DNA of 57,533 bases from assembly GCA_044354025.1 (NCBI GenBank), contig JBILAW010000001.1, positions 1 to 57,533 on the forward strand. The letters run 5' to 3'. The notes below the pieces were generated by a model. That model was not told where the DNA came from. It made no database searches and saw nothing but the letters and a program-made list of their open reading frames with translations. This stretch comes from Sediminibacterium sp. (GTDB taxonomy: Bacteria; Bacteroidota; Bacteroidia; Chitinophagales; Chitinophagaceae). Shown piece by piece: positions 31,858-42,919 of the stretch. Positions within the stretch are counted from its first letter, which is position 1, and the number at the start of each line of letters is the position of its first letter. A program made the position numbers and the translations under genes.

Positions 31858-33171
31858 ATGGTAATCGAAGAGATTATAGAATTATATATTAATGGGCTTT
31901 CGTTATATAAAATACAACGCAAAAATGAAGATAAAATTTTAATTTATCTAAGGTATTGGCTTTCTTATTTTGAATATATTTATATAAATGACAAAGAACT
32001 AAGTAATAAAATTATTTCAAATAATATTGCTCTTTATCAAATAAAATATAATAAAACATATAATAAAGAAAATCTATTATATCATTTTATTTTCAAATTG
32101 TTAAAAATAGTTTCTCCTATCAAATATTTTAAAATAGGAATACTTCCTGGAGGTAGATCCTCTAAAATTTTATCTAAACTCTCACATATATTTCTTAAAG
32201 CTGAACTAAGAAATTTTAATTTTGTGATTAATAAAGAATTCAAATCATTTTTTATAAACAATCTTGAAAATATTTTAATACAAAATGAGTTACAATATTT
32301 GATTAAACTTATACCTGATATTTTATTTTCTAATACTATTCTGAATAATTCAAATGTATTGCCAAGTATTTATAGAGGATCGCCAGCTTGTTTAATGAGT
32401 GATAATTATTTATATTTGAGTATTTTATTTTCTAACAAAACAATATCATTAATTGGAATTCAACATGGTGGAGGGTATTCAGAATGGAAAAATAGAACTT
32501 CCGAAAAAATGGAAAAAGACATTTCCAATTTGTTTTATAGTTGGTCTTTTAATCCACCTTTAATAAATCAGAATCGTTTTAAAATTAATTATAAATCTAA
32601 AAAAAATCATATTATTTGGATTGGACGTGAAATAACACTTTGGAATAATACTAATAATTTTTATGATGACGCAGAAGATCACTTTAAAAAATATAATCAT
32701 GTTAATTTATTCTTAAATAAATTAATTAATTATGGTATATATTTTTTACCTCACCCAAATAATAAAATTCATGATTATAATAATTTATTTAAAAATTGTC
32801 TAAATATTACTAAGAATAACGAATTTTTTATACAAAATTCTAAATTAGTAATTTTTGACTGCTTAAGTCATACTTTATTGTATCGGTGCCTGCACTCAAA
32901 AATACCATTTATTATTTTGCTTTCTGAAATGCCTAAATTTGATTTGTCGAATAATTCATTAAATTTTTACCAATTTTTAAAAAATAATAATTTACTTTTT
33001 GAAATGAAAGATGTAATCTTAAATGATGATAATTTTATAAAGAAAGTTGAAAGAATACTTCTTGGTAAAGAATTTAAATTAGATAAAGATTTAGAAAATG
33101 TCATCTTGTCTTTTTTTTTAAATCAAGATATCACAAATGTAACTGCTAATTATAGCGATTATAATTATTAA
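31858..33171 (+). CDS. Hypothetical protein, probable nonulosonate glycosyltransferase
   Basis: IGIQHGGGY, LPHP and LVIFD motifs; directly after wzx; extremely AT-rich. Confidence 0.5.
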   Translation: MVIEEIIELYINGLSLYKIQRKNEDKILIYLRYWLSYFEYIYINDKELSNKIISNNIALYQIKYNKTYNKENLLYHFIFKLLKIVSPIKYFKIGILPGGRSSKILSKLSHIFLKAELRNFNFVINKEFKSFFINNLENILIQNELQYLIKLIPDILFSNTILNNSNVLPSIYRGSPACLMSDNYLYLSILFSNKTISLIGIQHGGGYSEWKNRTSEKMEKDISNLFYSWSFNPPLINQNRFKINYKSKKNHIIWIGREITLWNNTNNFYDDAEDHFKKYNHVNLFLNKLINYGIYFLPHPNNKIHDYNNLFKNCLNITKNNEFFIQNSKLVIFDCLSHTLLYRCLHSKIPFIILLSEMPKFDLSNNSLNFYQFLKNNNLLFEMKDVILNDDNFIKKVERILLGKEFKLDKDLENVILSFFLNQDITNVTANYSDYNY

Positions 33172-33188
33172 AATTTATATAGTCAACC

Positions 33189-34298
33189 ATGATTAAATTT
33201 TTAGATCTTAAGAAAATTAATGACACTTATAATTCTGAAATGAATATTGCTATCAAAAAAGTAATTGATAGTGGTTGGTATTTACTTGGCAATGAAGTCA
33301 AGAATTTTGAAAAAGAATATTCTGATTTTATTGGAACCAATTATTGTGTTGGGGTTGGCAATGGTTTAGATGCATTAAGAATTATATTTAGAGCTTTTAT
33401 TGAATTAGGTAATCTTAAGGTTGGAGACGAAATTTTCGTGCCTGCCAATACTTATATTGCTTCAGTATTAGCTATAACAGAAAATAATTTAGTGCCAGTC
33501 TTTATAGAACCTGAAATTGATACCTATAATATTGATTATACCTGTTTAGAAGATAAAGTCAATAAAAATACAAAAGCTATAATGCTAGTTCATTTATATG
33601 GGCAAAATTCTATGAATGAAAATATAATTAATTTTGCAAAAAAACATAATTTATTAGTAGTTGAAGATAATGCACAAGCAGCAGGATGCATGTTTAATAA
33701 AATGAGAACAGGTAGTATTTCTGATGCAGCTGGTCATAGCTTCTATCCTGGAAAAAATCTTGGAGCATTAGGTGATGCAGGTGCAATAACTACTAATAAT
33801 AAATTGTTAGAACAAACAATCAGGGCAATTGCAAACTATGGTTCAATTGTTAAATATAAAAATATTTATAAGGGAATTAATTCTAGATTAGATGAAATAC
33901 AGGCTTCTATTTTGAGGGTTAAACTTAAGTTTTTAGATAAAGATAATAATATAAGATCTGAAATTGCTAATAGATATTTAACTCAAATCAATAATCCTTT
34001 AATCAAATTACCCATAAAAAAGGAAATAGACGAATCTAGTCATGTTTGGCACTTGTTTGTAATTAGGACAAAATTTCGTCAAGAATTAATTGATTATTTA
34101 AAAGAAAATAATGTTGAGACTTTAATACATTATCCAATCCCTATACATAAACAACTTGCTTACCTTGAATTTTCAAATTTAGAACTACCAATTACTGAAT
34201 TAATTCATAACGAAGTTTTAAGTTTGCCAATTAGTCCAATTTTGACCTCAACTGAAATTGATGAAGTTATTTCAATTATCAATAATTTCAAAATTTAA
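33189..34298 (+). CDS. fdtB: dTDP-3-amino-3,6-dideoxyhexose transaminase (FdtB/QdtB-like DegT family)
   Basis: [44 protein letters not shown]. Confidence 0.8.
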   Translation: MIKFLDLKKINDTYNSEMNIAIKKVIDSGWYLLGNEVKNFEKEYSDFIGTNYCVGVGNGLDALRIIFRAFIELGNLKVGDEIFVPANTYIASVLAITENNLVPVFIEPEIDTYNIDYTCLEDKVNKNTKAIMLVHLYGQNSMNENIINFAKKHNLLVVEDNAQAAGCMFNKMRTGSISDAAGHSFYPGKNLGALGDAGAITTNNKLLEQTIRAIANYGSIVKYKNIYKGINSRLDEIQASILRVKLKFLDKDNNIRSEIANRYLTQINNPLIKLPIKKEIDESSHVWHLFVIRTKFRQELIDYLKENNVETLIHYPIPIHKQLAYLEFSNLELPITELIHNEVLSLPISPILTSTEIDEVISIINNFKI

Positions 34299-35392
34299 TG
34301 AAAATTTATATTCCAATATTGGGTTTTGGGAAAGCAGGTGGTTTTAGGGTTTTATCAAATTTAGCAAATCAATGGATTAAATTAGGACATGAGACATATT
34401 TTATTTGTATTCCAAATAAAAATTTAAATTATATTCCTTATTATCCAACCAATGCAACTATTTTATATTTCAATCTTAATGGTGAATTAATTTCAGATTT
34501 AAAAGAGTTTAATAAATTTTCAAAATCAATTTTTTTTCGATTAAGACAGCTTTATGGATTAACTAAAGCTATAAATAAACATACAACAAATGAAGATATC
34601 ATACTAGCTAATTACTCATTAACAGCATACTCAGTATATTTTTCAAAAAAAAATTGCAATAAATTTTATTACATACAGGCTTATGAACCTGAATATTTCG
34701 ATAATTCTTTGAAGGGTAATATATTTTCAGCTCTAGTAACTTTAACTTACAAACTAAAATTGATTAGAATTGTAAATTCACCACTATATTTTAATTATAA
34801 GTATTTAAAATCAAACTTTTGTGTATTCCCGGGAATTGATTTTTCTATTTTTAATAATAACAATAAACCTCCTTTTTTTTCAAATAAAAAACATATAATT
34901 ATAGGTTGTATTGGAAGAATAGAAAAATCAAAAGGAACGATCGATGTTTTAAATGCGTATAAGATTTTACAAACCCACTCGATAAATTGTATTTTAAAAA
35001 TTGCAGTTTTTGGTAATGAAAATTTAATAGATGGCGATAAGTCAATTATTAAAATTTACCCAAAAAATGATATTGAATTGTCTGAATTTTATAAAAATTT
35101 GGATCTATTAATAGCTCCAGTTAATCTACAATTAGGTGCAGTTCATTACCCAGTTATTGAGGCAATGTCAACTGGAACAGCAGTAATTTCAACCGGACAC
35201 TATCCAGCTAATGAAGATAATGCATGGTTAGTTCCAATTAATTCTCCTGCTGAAATTGCTAACCGTGTTATCGAAATTTATAATAAACCAAGTCTAGCTT
35301 TTAATAAATCATTAATTGCATTTGCAGATGTACAAAATTTAAGTTGGGAGTCTGTTTCAAATAATATGATAAATATTTTTCAAAAAAATTGA
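34298..35392 (+). CDS. GT4 glycosyltransferase
   Basis: AGGFRV, YYIQAYEP, IGRIEKSKG, PVIEAMSTG. Confidence 0.85.
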   Translation: MKIYIPILGFGKAGGFRVLSNLANQWIKLGHETYFICIPNKNLNYIPYYPTNATILYFNLNGELISDLKEFNKFSKSIFFRLRQLYGLTKAINKHTTNEDIILANYSLTAYSVYFSKKNCNKFYYIQAYEPEYFDNSLKGNIFSALVTLTYKLKLIRIVNSPLYFNYKYLKSNFCVFPGIDFSIFNNNNKPPFFSNKKHIIIGCIGRIEKSKGTIDVLNAYKILQTHSINCILKIAVFGNENLIDGDKSIIKIYPKNDIELSEFYKNLDLLIAPVNLQLGAVHYPVIEAMSTGTAVISTGHYPANEDNAWLVPINSPAEIANRVIEIYNKPSLAFNKSLIAFADVQNLSWESVSNNMINIFQKN

Positions 35393-36483
35393 TGGTTTAT
35401 TATCTTTTGCCAATAATCTCAATATTATTCTTTTATCTGATTGATTTTTATAAAAATAAATCAGATAAAAATTCTATAAAATTCTATAAATATTTTTTAT
35501 TTTATTTATTATTAATAATATTTATAATAATTGCCGGATTTAGGGAAGAGACAATAAGCAGAGACTACGAAAATTATGTAACATTTTTTGATAAAATCTC
35601 AAACGGCGAAACTGTTCCAGTAATAAATGATCCAGGATTTTATGCCGTAATAAAACTAATTTCCACATTCAGTAATAAATATGCTTATCTCTTTCTTATT
35701 TATGCAGTTATTGGCGTTTCAATTAAATTCATTTCTTTTAAAAGAATTTTAGGAATTCATTATGCTTTTTTAGCAATTGTAATTTATTCGTCTAATTTCT
35801 TTTTGTTACACGAAATGACACAAATTAGAATAGGTGTTGCTACGGGATTTTTTTTATTCTCAATACCATATATTATCAATAGACAAATTGCAAAATTTTG
35901 TATTGCAATTTTAATAGGCAGTTTTTTTCATGTTAGTTTACTAGTTGTTTTTCCTTTATATTTCCTTAATTTTAAAACAATTAAACCTAAATTTTGGGTT
36001 TTATTAAACCTAATAAATATTATATTTTTTATAACACATCAAAGTATTTTAAAAATTTCAACTTACGTTACACCACCCTTTTTTTCCGAGAAAATATATG
36101 TTTATAAATCATTTATGGAAGAATCTAATGATTCTAGTAATATTGGAATATTTAATAGATTTCTAGTATATTTCATTCTAAATTTTGTTTTTTTATTTAA
36201 TTATAAGATCATTGAAAAAAAATCTCGATATTTTATTTTTTTATTAAAATCTAGTTTTATTTCGCTATCTATTGCCTTTTTCTTATACGATTTTTATTTA
36301 TTTGCTTATAGATTTAGCGAGATAATTGGTGTTGTTCAGATTTGTTTGTTTAGTATGTTAGTATTTTTATTTAAGGACAAACATTTTGGCATCTTTACTG
36401 TGTTAGTACTGGCAATTTTATTAATAATTGTTAATGTTAGTTTAACAAAATTAGTATTACCATATAAATTTATTCAATTTTAA
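35392..36483 (+). CDS. wzy: EpsG-family Wzy polymerase
   Basis: AGFR..SRDYENY, QIRIG, FHVS, YRF; many TM helices. Confidence 0.8.
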   Translation: MVYYLLPIISILFFYLIDFYKNKSDKNSIKFYKYFLFYLLLIIFIIIAGFREETISRDYENYVTFFDKISNGETVPVINDPGFYAVIKLISTFSNKYAYLFLIYAVIGVSIKFISFKRILGIHYAFLAIVIYSSNFFLLHEMTQIRIGVATGFFLFSIPYIINRQIAKFCIAILIGSFFHVSLLVVFPLYFLNFKTIKPKFWVLLNLINIIFFITHQSILKISTYVTPPFFSEKIYVYKSFMEESNDSSNIGIFNRFLVYFILNFVFLFNYKIIEKKSRYFIFLLKSSFISLSIAFFLYDFYLFAYRFSEIIGVVQICLFSMLVFLFKDKHFGIFTVLVLAILLIIVNVSLTKLVLPYKFIQF

Positions 36484-37443
36484 ATGTATCAATTTGATCT
36501 TTCAATAATTATTATTTCATTTAATACTAAAGAAATTACTTACAATTGTATTAATTCAATCTTTAATTCAATTACTAATTACAGTTATGAGATAATTTTA
36601 ATTGACAACAATTCTAATGATGATTCAGTATCTAATATAAGTCAATCTTTTAAAAATATAAAAATTTTTGCATTATCTGAAAACATTGGCTTTTCAAAGG
36701 CTAATAATATTGGAATAAATTACGCAAAGGGTGAATTCATCTTTTTATTAAATAGTGATACTATTTTATTCACGGATACTATTAATGATTTATTAAATGA
36801 GATAAAATTAAAAAATGATGAAATTTACTCTCCAGTTATTCTTAATTCAGATTGCACAATTCAAAGAAGTATCTTCAATTTTCCTAGTCCTTTAAAAGTT
36901 TTTTTAAGAATTTCGGATTTTTATTCAATTATTTTCAAATTTATAAAATATTTTAAAAAATCTACAACTTATAATAAAAAAATAAACTACGTTTCTTTTG
37001 CAGCAGTAATTATGAAATCCGAAATTTTCAAGAGAATTGGAACATTAGATGAAAATTTATTTTTTTATCATGAAGATTGTGAATTTGGATTAAGAGCACA
37101 TTTGCATAATATTAAAATTATAAAACTAAATAAAACAAAACTTATTCATTTAGGAGGTTCATCATCAAATGAATTTTCTATTAGTGCTTTTGAAAATGAT
37201 ATAATTGGGCTGGTATATATTTTTAGAAAATATTATAGTTATCGAACATTTATCTTATTGAAATTATCTATAATATCTGCTCTTTTAATAAGAATTCTTT
37301 TATGGCATATCGGTTTATATCGTCGCATCAAAAAAATTAGTATCTATGAAGATAAAATACCTAAAAATAAAATCAATGATAAGCACTTATTAAATAAGTA
37401 TATATCATTACTTAAACAAGTCTTTAATTCTAAATACAATTAA
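36484..37443 (+). CDS. GT2 glycosyltransferase
   Basis: IDNNSND, NIGFSKANN, LLNSD, FFYHED. Confidence 0.88.
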   Translation: MYQFDLSIIIISFNTKEITYNCINSIFNSITNYSYEIILIDNNSNDDSVSNISQSFKNIKIFALSENIGFSKANNIGINYAKGEFIFLLNSDTILFTDTINDLLNEIKLKNDEIYSPVILNSDCTIQRSIFNFPSPLKVFLRISDFYSIIFKFIKYFKKSTTYNKKINYVSFAAVIMKSEIFKRIGTLDENLFFYHEDCEFGLRAHLHNIKIIKLNKTKLIHLGGSSSNEFSISAFENDIIGLVYIFRKYYSYRTFILLKLSIISALLIRILLWHIGLYRRIKKISIYEDKIPKNKINDKHLLNKYISLLKQVFNSKYN

Positions 37444-38183
37444 TGAAAGTTTCAATTATAACTGTAACGTATAACTCTGAAAAACACATTGAACGTTGTA
37501 TAAATTCAGTTTTACAACAAAATTATAGTAACATAGAATTTATAATTATTGATGGAAATTCTTCTGACTTAACTCTAGACCTTATCAGTAAATTTAAAAA
37601 ATATATATCTTATTTCATTAGTGAAGATGATAATGGCATTTATGATGCAATGAATAAAGGAATTTTACAGGCAACAGGGGATATAATAGGAATTTTAAAT
37701 TCTGATGATTTCTTTTATGACAATTATGTAATTAGTAAAATTGTTGATTTTCATACAAATAACAATTTAGATGCTAGTATTGGTAATATTTTACAATGTA
37801 ATAAAGACCAAAATTTCACACGGAAATATTCTTCTTTTAATTGGAAGCCAAAAAATTTGTTAATTGGTTCTATGCCTCCACATCCCTCAATTTTTATAAA
37901 AAAATCAATTTTTTATAAACTTGGTTTTTATAGAACAGATATAAGTATTGCAGCTGATTATGATTTAATCGTTAGATATTTTTATATAAATCAGATTAAA
38001 TGGAAATACCTAGACGCAACTACAACTATTATGCAATCTGGCGGTGTCAGTAGTAGTGGTTTAAAAAGTTATCTAAAAATTACCAATCAAATTTGTAGTA
38101 TACTTTCAAACTATAATTTACCATTTTCTCCTATTAAAATTAAATTTAGATTTACTTGGAAATTATTTGAAAAATACATATGA
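37443..38183 (+). CDS. GT2 glycosyltransferase (WcaE-like, possible fucosyltransferase)
   Basis: IIDGNSSD, DNGIYDAMNKG, LNSDD, PPHP, AADYD. Confidence 0.88.
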   Translation: MKVSIITVTYNSEKHIERCINSVLQQNYSNIEFIIIDGNSSDLTLDLISKFKKYISYFISEDDNGIYDAMNKGILQATGDIIGILNSDDFFYDNYVISKIVDFHTNNNLDASIGNILQCNKDQNFTRKYSSFNWKPKNLLIGSMPPHPSIFIKKSIFYKLGFYRTDISIAADYDLIVRYFYINQIKWKYLDATTTIMQSGGVSSSGLKSYLKITNQICSILSNYNLPFSPIKIKFRFTWKLFEKYI

Positions 38184-39067
38184 TTAATATATTTTTAACA
38201 GGTTCAAGTGGTTTTATAGGCTCAAATTTTATTAAATATTTTGATAAAGAATTTTTAATTACAAAATTTAATAGAATACAAGATCCAATTATCAAAGAAA
38301 AAGTAGTTATACATTTAGCTGGTAAAGCACATGACCTTAAAGGTGCTTCAAACTATAATGATTATTTTGAAGCCAACACTAAATTAACAATAAAATTATT
38401 TGATGCATTTCTTAATTCAGATTCTGAAATATTTATTATGTTAAGTTCAGTAAAAGCAGTTGCTGATAATGATGTTGATAATTTAACAGAGTCAATTATT
38501 CCTAATCCAATAAGTCTTTACGGAAAAACAAAGTTATTAGCAGAAGATTATATTTTAAGTAAAGAACTACCTATTAATAAAAAAGTATTTATTTTGAGGC
38601 CATGTATGGTTCATGGACCTGGAAATAAAGGTAATCTAAATTTATTGTCTAAATTTATCGATTATAGAATCCCATGGCCACTTGCTAGTTACGAAAATTT
38701 AAGATCCTTTTGTTCCTTACAGAATCTATTATTCATTATCCGTGAATTAATAGTTAACAATACAATAGAATCGGGTGTTTATAATATTGCGGATTCCCAA
38801 CCCATTTCTACTAATGATTTAATAAAAATTATCTCTAATGTTAAAAAAAGAAATGTTTTATTAGTTAACGTTCCCAAAATTTTAATAAAATATTTTATTA
38901 AAATAATATCAATTTTTAATTCCAATATAAATGATGAATTCTTAAATAAATTAACAACAAATTATGTTGTCTCGAATAGAAAAATAGTTAATGCAATAGG
39001 TAAAGATTTGCCAGTAAGCACTATAGCGGGTCTAACTTATACCTTAGAATCCTTTAAAAATCAATAA
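38180..39067 (+). CDS. NAD-dependent epimerase/4-reductase (WbpV-like)
   Basis: GSSGFIG, HLAGKAH, SSVKA, YGKTK, HGPGNKGN; CapD/WbpM and a CapM-like transferase are nearby. Confidence 0.8.
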   Translation: MINIFLTGSSGFIGSNFIKYFDKEFLITKFNRIQDPIIKEKVVIHLAGKAHDLKGASNYNDYFEANTKLTIKLFDAFLNSDSEIFIMLSSVKAVADNDVDNLTESIIPNPISLYGKTKLLAEDYILSKELPINKKVFILRPCMVHGPGNKGNLNLLSKFIDYRIPWPLASYENLRSFCSLQNLLFIIRELIVNNTIESGVYNIADSQPISTNDLIKIISNVKKRNVLLVNVPKILIKYFIKIISIFNSNINDEFLNKLTTNYVVSNRKIVNAIGKDLPVSTIAGLTYTLESFKNQ

Positions 39068-39069
39068 TA

Positions 39070-40662
39070 ATGCTAAATTTCGAAAAAAAATATATTTTTT
39101 ATTTTTTATTTATATTTCTTTCTACAAACACGTTATTGTTTATAAACGATTCTGTTTTTTGGGATGATTGGGTTATTAAAGATCAAAGTTATGAAATTTT
39201 AAAAACTTTTTATACTAATAATACTGCTACAGGAGGCCATCCTTATGCAACCTTAATACATACGAATATCAATCTTTTAAGTAAATATTTTAATATACAA
39301 CAATCATATTTATATAGGTCAATTATGTTGATTACAACTATTTGTAATTGTCTGATAATATTAACAATATTAAATAATTTACATAAAAATAGCTTATTTG
39401 CTTTCATTTTTGTATGTCTCTATATTACTATCCCATTTAACTTTGCAAAAATTTATGTAGTAATAACACCATATTTAATTGGTAACACATTTCAATTATT
39501 ATCAACTCTTTTATTCATTCATTATATAAAAAATAATCATTATCTTATAAAAGCAATTTTTCTATTAACACTATTTCTTTCTTTTCAACTTTTAAATTCA
39601 ACTATTTTATACTTACCTGTTTTATTTTTTATTATTTTGATAATCAACAAAAAAAAAGATATATACTTGTATTTAGAAGTTGCGCTATTAACTTTATTAT
39701 TTTGTTTTTTTAAGCTTAAATATTATACACCAATTGGCGATTGGGTTAATTATAATAAAATTAGTTTTAAATCAATTTTGCTATCGCCTCTTACACTACT
39801 TAAGACATTTTATTTTTCATTCATAAATCTTCCTTTTTATTGTTTTTCTATTTTAGGATCTGCAAATCTTTCATTCCCTATATTTTTATTAATTTTTTTA
39901 GTACTCTATTATTTTGGAAAAAATATTTTTAATAATTTTTATCCTGAAAACATAAAAATAAAAATTTTTAAATTTAATATATCAGTTTTTTTAATTTTAG
40001 GTATTGTTTTATTTTTTGCAGGTTCAGTTGCCTATAATTTAGTTAATCATGTTCCTAATTTTGATTATCCATCTTCCAGAAATCAAATATTACTTATTTA
40101 TGGAAGTATTTTTTTTATAATACATTTTTTGAGCTTATTTGTTAAAAAAATTAACCATACAATTTCTTATAATATTTTATTCGCTTTTATATTTTCTATC
40201 TTCATTACTACTACGATCATTTCTTCTATTGATAGTTTGAGGGCAAATTTAATACAAGAGAGTATTTCAAAGGAGATGACAAGAAATATAATTTATAAAA
40301 CCAATAATAATTTTATATTCTATAATAATTTTAATTCTAAATTTTGGGATGAATCTACTAGATTTTACACCTTTAGTGGTTTAAACAATCTAAAAAATAA
40401 AAATCAAAATATTTTAATAATTACGGATTTCGAAAAAAATGAGAATATTAATTATTTTACAAATGAATACTTGAAAGAAGATTATAAATTAAAAAATGTT
40501 ACTATAAATGGTCAATATAATTATAAAATATATGCCACATTTCAAAAGAAAAACCTTTCTGATTTAAAGGTTATTGAAATGATTTACTTTAAATTCTTTA
40601 AAAAAAATTTTTACATTTCAGAGCTTGACAACTTATTATTTTTTCAATACATTAATATCTAA
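39070..40662 (+). CDS. Polytopic membrane protein, possible GT-C (GtrII/GtrC-like) transferase
   Basis: WDD motif after TM1, about 10-12 TM helices, C-terminal soluble tail. Confidence 0.55.
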   Translation: MLNFEKKYIFYFLFIFLSTNTLLFINDSVFWDDWVIKDQSYEILKTFYTNNTATGGHPYATLIHTNINLLSKYFNIQQSYLYRSIMLITTICNCLIILTILNNLHKNSLFAFIFVCLYITIPFNFAKIYVVITPYLIGNTFQLLSTLLFIHYIKNNHYLIKAIFLLTLFLSFQLLNSTILYLPVLFFIILIINKKKDIYLYLEVALLTLLFCFFKLKYYTPIGDWVNYNKISFKSILLSPLTLLKTFYFSFINLPFYCFSILGSANLSFPIFLLIFLVLYYFGKNIFNNFYPENIKIKIFKFNISVFLILGIVLFFAGSVAYNLVNHVPNFDYPSSRNQILLIYGSIFFIIHFLSLFVKKINHTISYNILFAFIFSIFITTTIISSIDSLRANLIQESISKEMTRNIIYKTNNNFIFYNNFNSKFWDESTRFYTFSGLNNLKNKNQNILIITDFEKNENINYFTNEYLKEDYKLKNVTINGQYNYKIYATFQKKNLSDLKVIEMIYFKFFKKNFYISELDNLLFFQYINI

Positions 40663-41588
40663 TGAATCTTAATAATAAAATATATATCGCTGGACATAGG
40701 GGAATGGTAGGTTCTGGATTAGAGCGCAAACTCAGAAAAGAAGGGTATAATAATATTGTTACAAGATCCTCAAGTGATTTAGATTTAAGAAATCAGCAAG
40801 CTGTTAATGAATTTTTTGAAAAAGAAAAACCAGCTTATGTAATACTAGCTGCTGCAAAAGTTGGAGGTATACACGCCAACAATACTTATAGAGCAGAATT
40901 TATTTATGATAACTTAATGATTGAGGCGAATATTATTCATGCAGCTTATTTGAATAAGGTTACTAAATTATTGTTTTTAGGCTCTTCTTGTATATATCCT
41001 AAAATGGCTCCACAGCCATTGAAAGAAGAATATTTGTTAAGTGGATATTTAGAGCCAACTAATCAACCATATGCCATTGCGAAAATTGCTGGAATTGAAA
41101 TGTGTGATAGTTATAGGGCACAGTATGGTTGTAATTTTATTTCAGCTATGCCTACAAATTTATACGGCACCAATGACAATTATCATCCAGAAAACTCACA
41201 CGTACTTCCTGCATTAATTAGAAGAATAGTTTTAGCAAAAAAAAATAAAGAATCAATTGTTACCATTTGGGGTACCGGAACACCAAGAAGAGAGTTTTTG
41301 CATGTTGATGATTTAGCCGATGCTTGTTTTTTCTTATTACAAAATTATAGTGAACAAGGCTTGGTGAATATTGGATGTGGTACTGACGTTTCTATAAAAG
41401 AATTAGCAGAGTTGATAGTTTCAGAAGTTGGGTATGAAGGAGAGCTCCTGTTTGATGAAACTAAGCCAGATGGTACTCCAAGAAAATTAATGGACACAAG
41501 TAAAATTAATAATTTTGGCTGGCACCCGTCTATCAAATTAGATAACGGTATTAAACGAACAGTTTCAGAAGTATATAATCAATTTTAA
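40662..41588 (+). CDS. fcl: GDP-L-fucose synthase
   Basis: [47 protein letters not shown]. Confidence 0.97.
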   Translation: MNLNNKIYIAGHRGMVGSGLERKLRKEGYNNIVTRSSSDLDLRNQQAVNEFFEKEKPAYVILAAAKVGGIHANNTYRAEFIYDNLMIEANIIHAAYLNKVTKLLFLGSSCIYPKMAPQPLKEEYLLSGYLEPTNQPYAIAKIAGIEMCDSYRAQYGCNFISAMPTNLYGTNDNYHPENSHVLPALIRRIVLAKKNKESIVTIWGTGTPRREFLHVDDLADACFFLLQNYSEQGLVNIGCGTDVSIKELAELIVSEVGYEGELLFDETKPDGTPRKLMDTSKINNFGWHPSIKLDNGIKRTVSEVYNQF

Positions 41589-42139
41589 TGTTTAATAGAT
41601 TACTTGCTTTTATACTAATTATAATCTTTTCTCCGCTATTTCTATTTGTATCATTAGCTATACTTTTAGAGGATGGGTTTCCTGTATTCTTTATTCAAAA
41701 GCGTGTTGGCATTAATTATTCATTTTTCAATATTTATAAGTTCCGTAGCATGAAGAAGAATACTCCAAATATTGCAACACACCTTTTGACAAATCCAAAT
41801 CAATATTTACTTAAAATCGGCAAGTTTATAAGAAAGACTAGTTTAGATGAACTACCCAATCTTATTAATATAATTAAGGGAGAAATGGTTTTTGTAGGAC
41901 CTAGGCCTGCATTATATAACCAAGATGATTTAATGGCATTGCGTGTCGCAGCCAGAGTTGATAAACTAAAGCCAGGTATTACAGGTTGGGCTCAAGTAAA
42001 CGGCAGGGATGATATTTCTATTGAGAAGAAAGTTGAATTAGAACAAGAGTATTTACAGACAAGGTCAATCCTTTTAGACATTGAAATTATTATAAAAACC
42101 TTTACTAATGTTTTGTTTAGTAAAGGAGTGAGTCACTAG
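41588..42139 (+). CDS. Small phosphoglycosyl transferase (PglC/CapM-like sugar transferase)
   Basis: KFRSM, SLDELP, FVGPRP, PGITGWAQVNGR. Confidence 0.9.
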   Translation: MFNRLLAFILIIIFSPLFLFVSLAILLEDGFPVFFIQKRVGINYSFFNIYKFRSMKKNTPNIATHLLTNPNQYLLKIGKFIRKTSLDELPNLINIIKGEMVFVGPRPALYNQDDLMALRVAARVDKLKPGITGWAQVNGRDDISIEKKVELEQEYLQTRSILLDIEIIIKTFTNVLFSKGVSH

Positions 42140-42875
42140 CTATTTATTAAATAGAATATTCTTCCTAATAATTCTCTTATTCCTGTTTCAGTTAATTCTA
42201 AATTTCCCGCACTAGGTAGAAAGTCCATTACAGTTTCTATTGAATTCCTGCTGCTTTATAATCCAATTTATAAGAAATCACCTCAAATCCTTGTTTCTCA
42301 AACAACCGCTGCGCTCTATACATATGATAAGCCGATGTTACAAATATGATTCTTTTACTTGGGCTTATTAGTTTTTTTACAGCCACTGCCTCGTCTGCAG
42401 TATTCTCCACATCTTTCGTTACAAATATTTTTTCAGATGGTATCCCACTTGAAATAGCATATTCCTTTAAGACATCACCCTCTGTTTTCTTAACTTTTTT
42501 CCATGGTATTTTACCTCCAGTAAATACTAATTTTTGAGCCTTACCAGCTTTAAACAAAGCTATTCCTCCAAAAAACCTATCTGGGTCTCCCCATTCTCTG
42601 TGGTTAGAATCTCCAACTTCATTTATTTCTAACATTCCACTAAGAACTACTATTGCATCTGCACTATCTATAGCGCTTATTGGCTTTCTGTTTTTACTAC
42701 CTTCTACTAGTTTAATGAAATTATTAGAGAATATAGGGGTTGATAGGATATATAGAATCCCTATTGCTATATAGATTAGCTTTTTCTTATTTTTTATTAA
42801 TCCTATTAGTATTACTATTATGACAAGCATGATAGGAAGTACGAATGTTGGTAGTATTTTGTGTAGGTAGATCAT
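42136..42875 (-). pseudogene. Membrane-anchored YdcF/DUF218 (ElyC-like) gene with a 1-bp frameshift near 42245
   Basis: The ORF stops at ...DYKAAGIQ*; another frame continues SIETVMDFLPSAGNLELTETGIRELLGRIFYLINS* to a TAG at 42138-42136, which resembles the family C-terminus. Confidence 0.8.
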
Positions 42876-42919
42876 GGGTTACTTTTATAATCTAAAAATA
42901 CTATATTATAATTTAATTC

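Noticed and set aside
19741-41245. A9 homopolymers (19741, about 39649, about 41237) as phase-variation tracts
   Set aside because: Expected by chance in such AT-rich DNA, and the ORFs are intact
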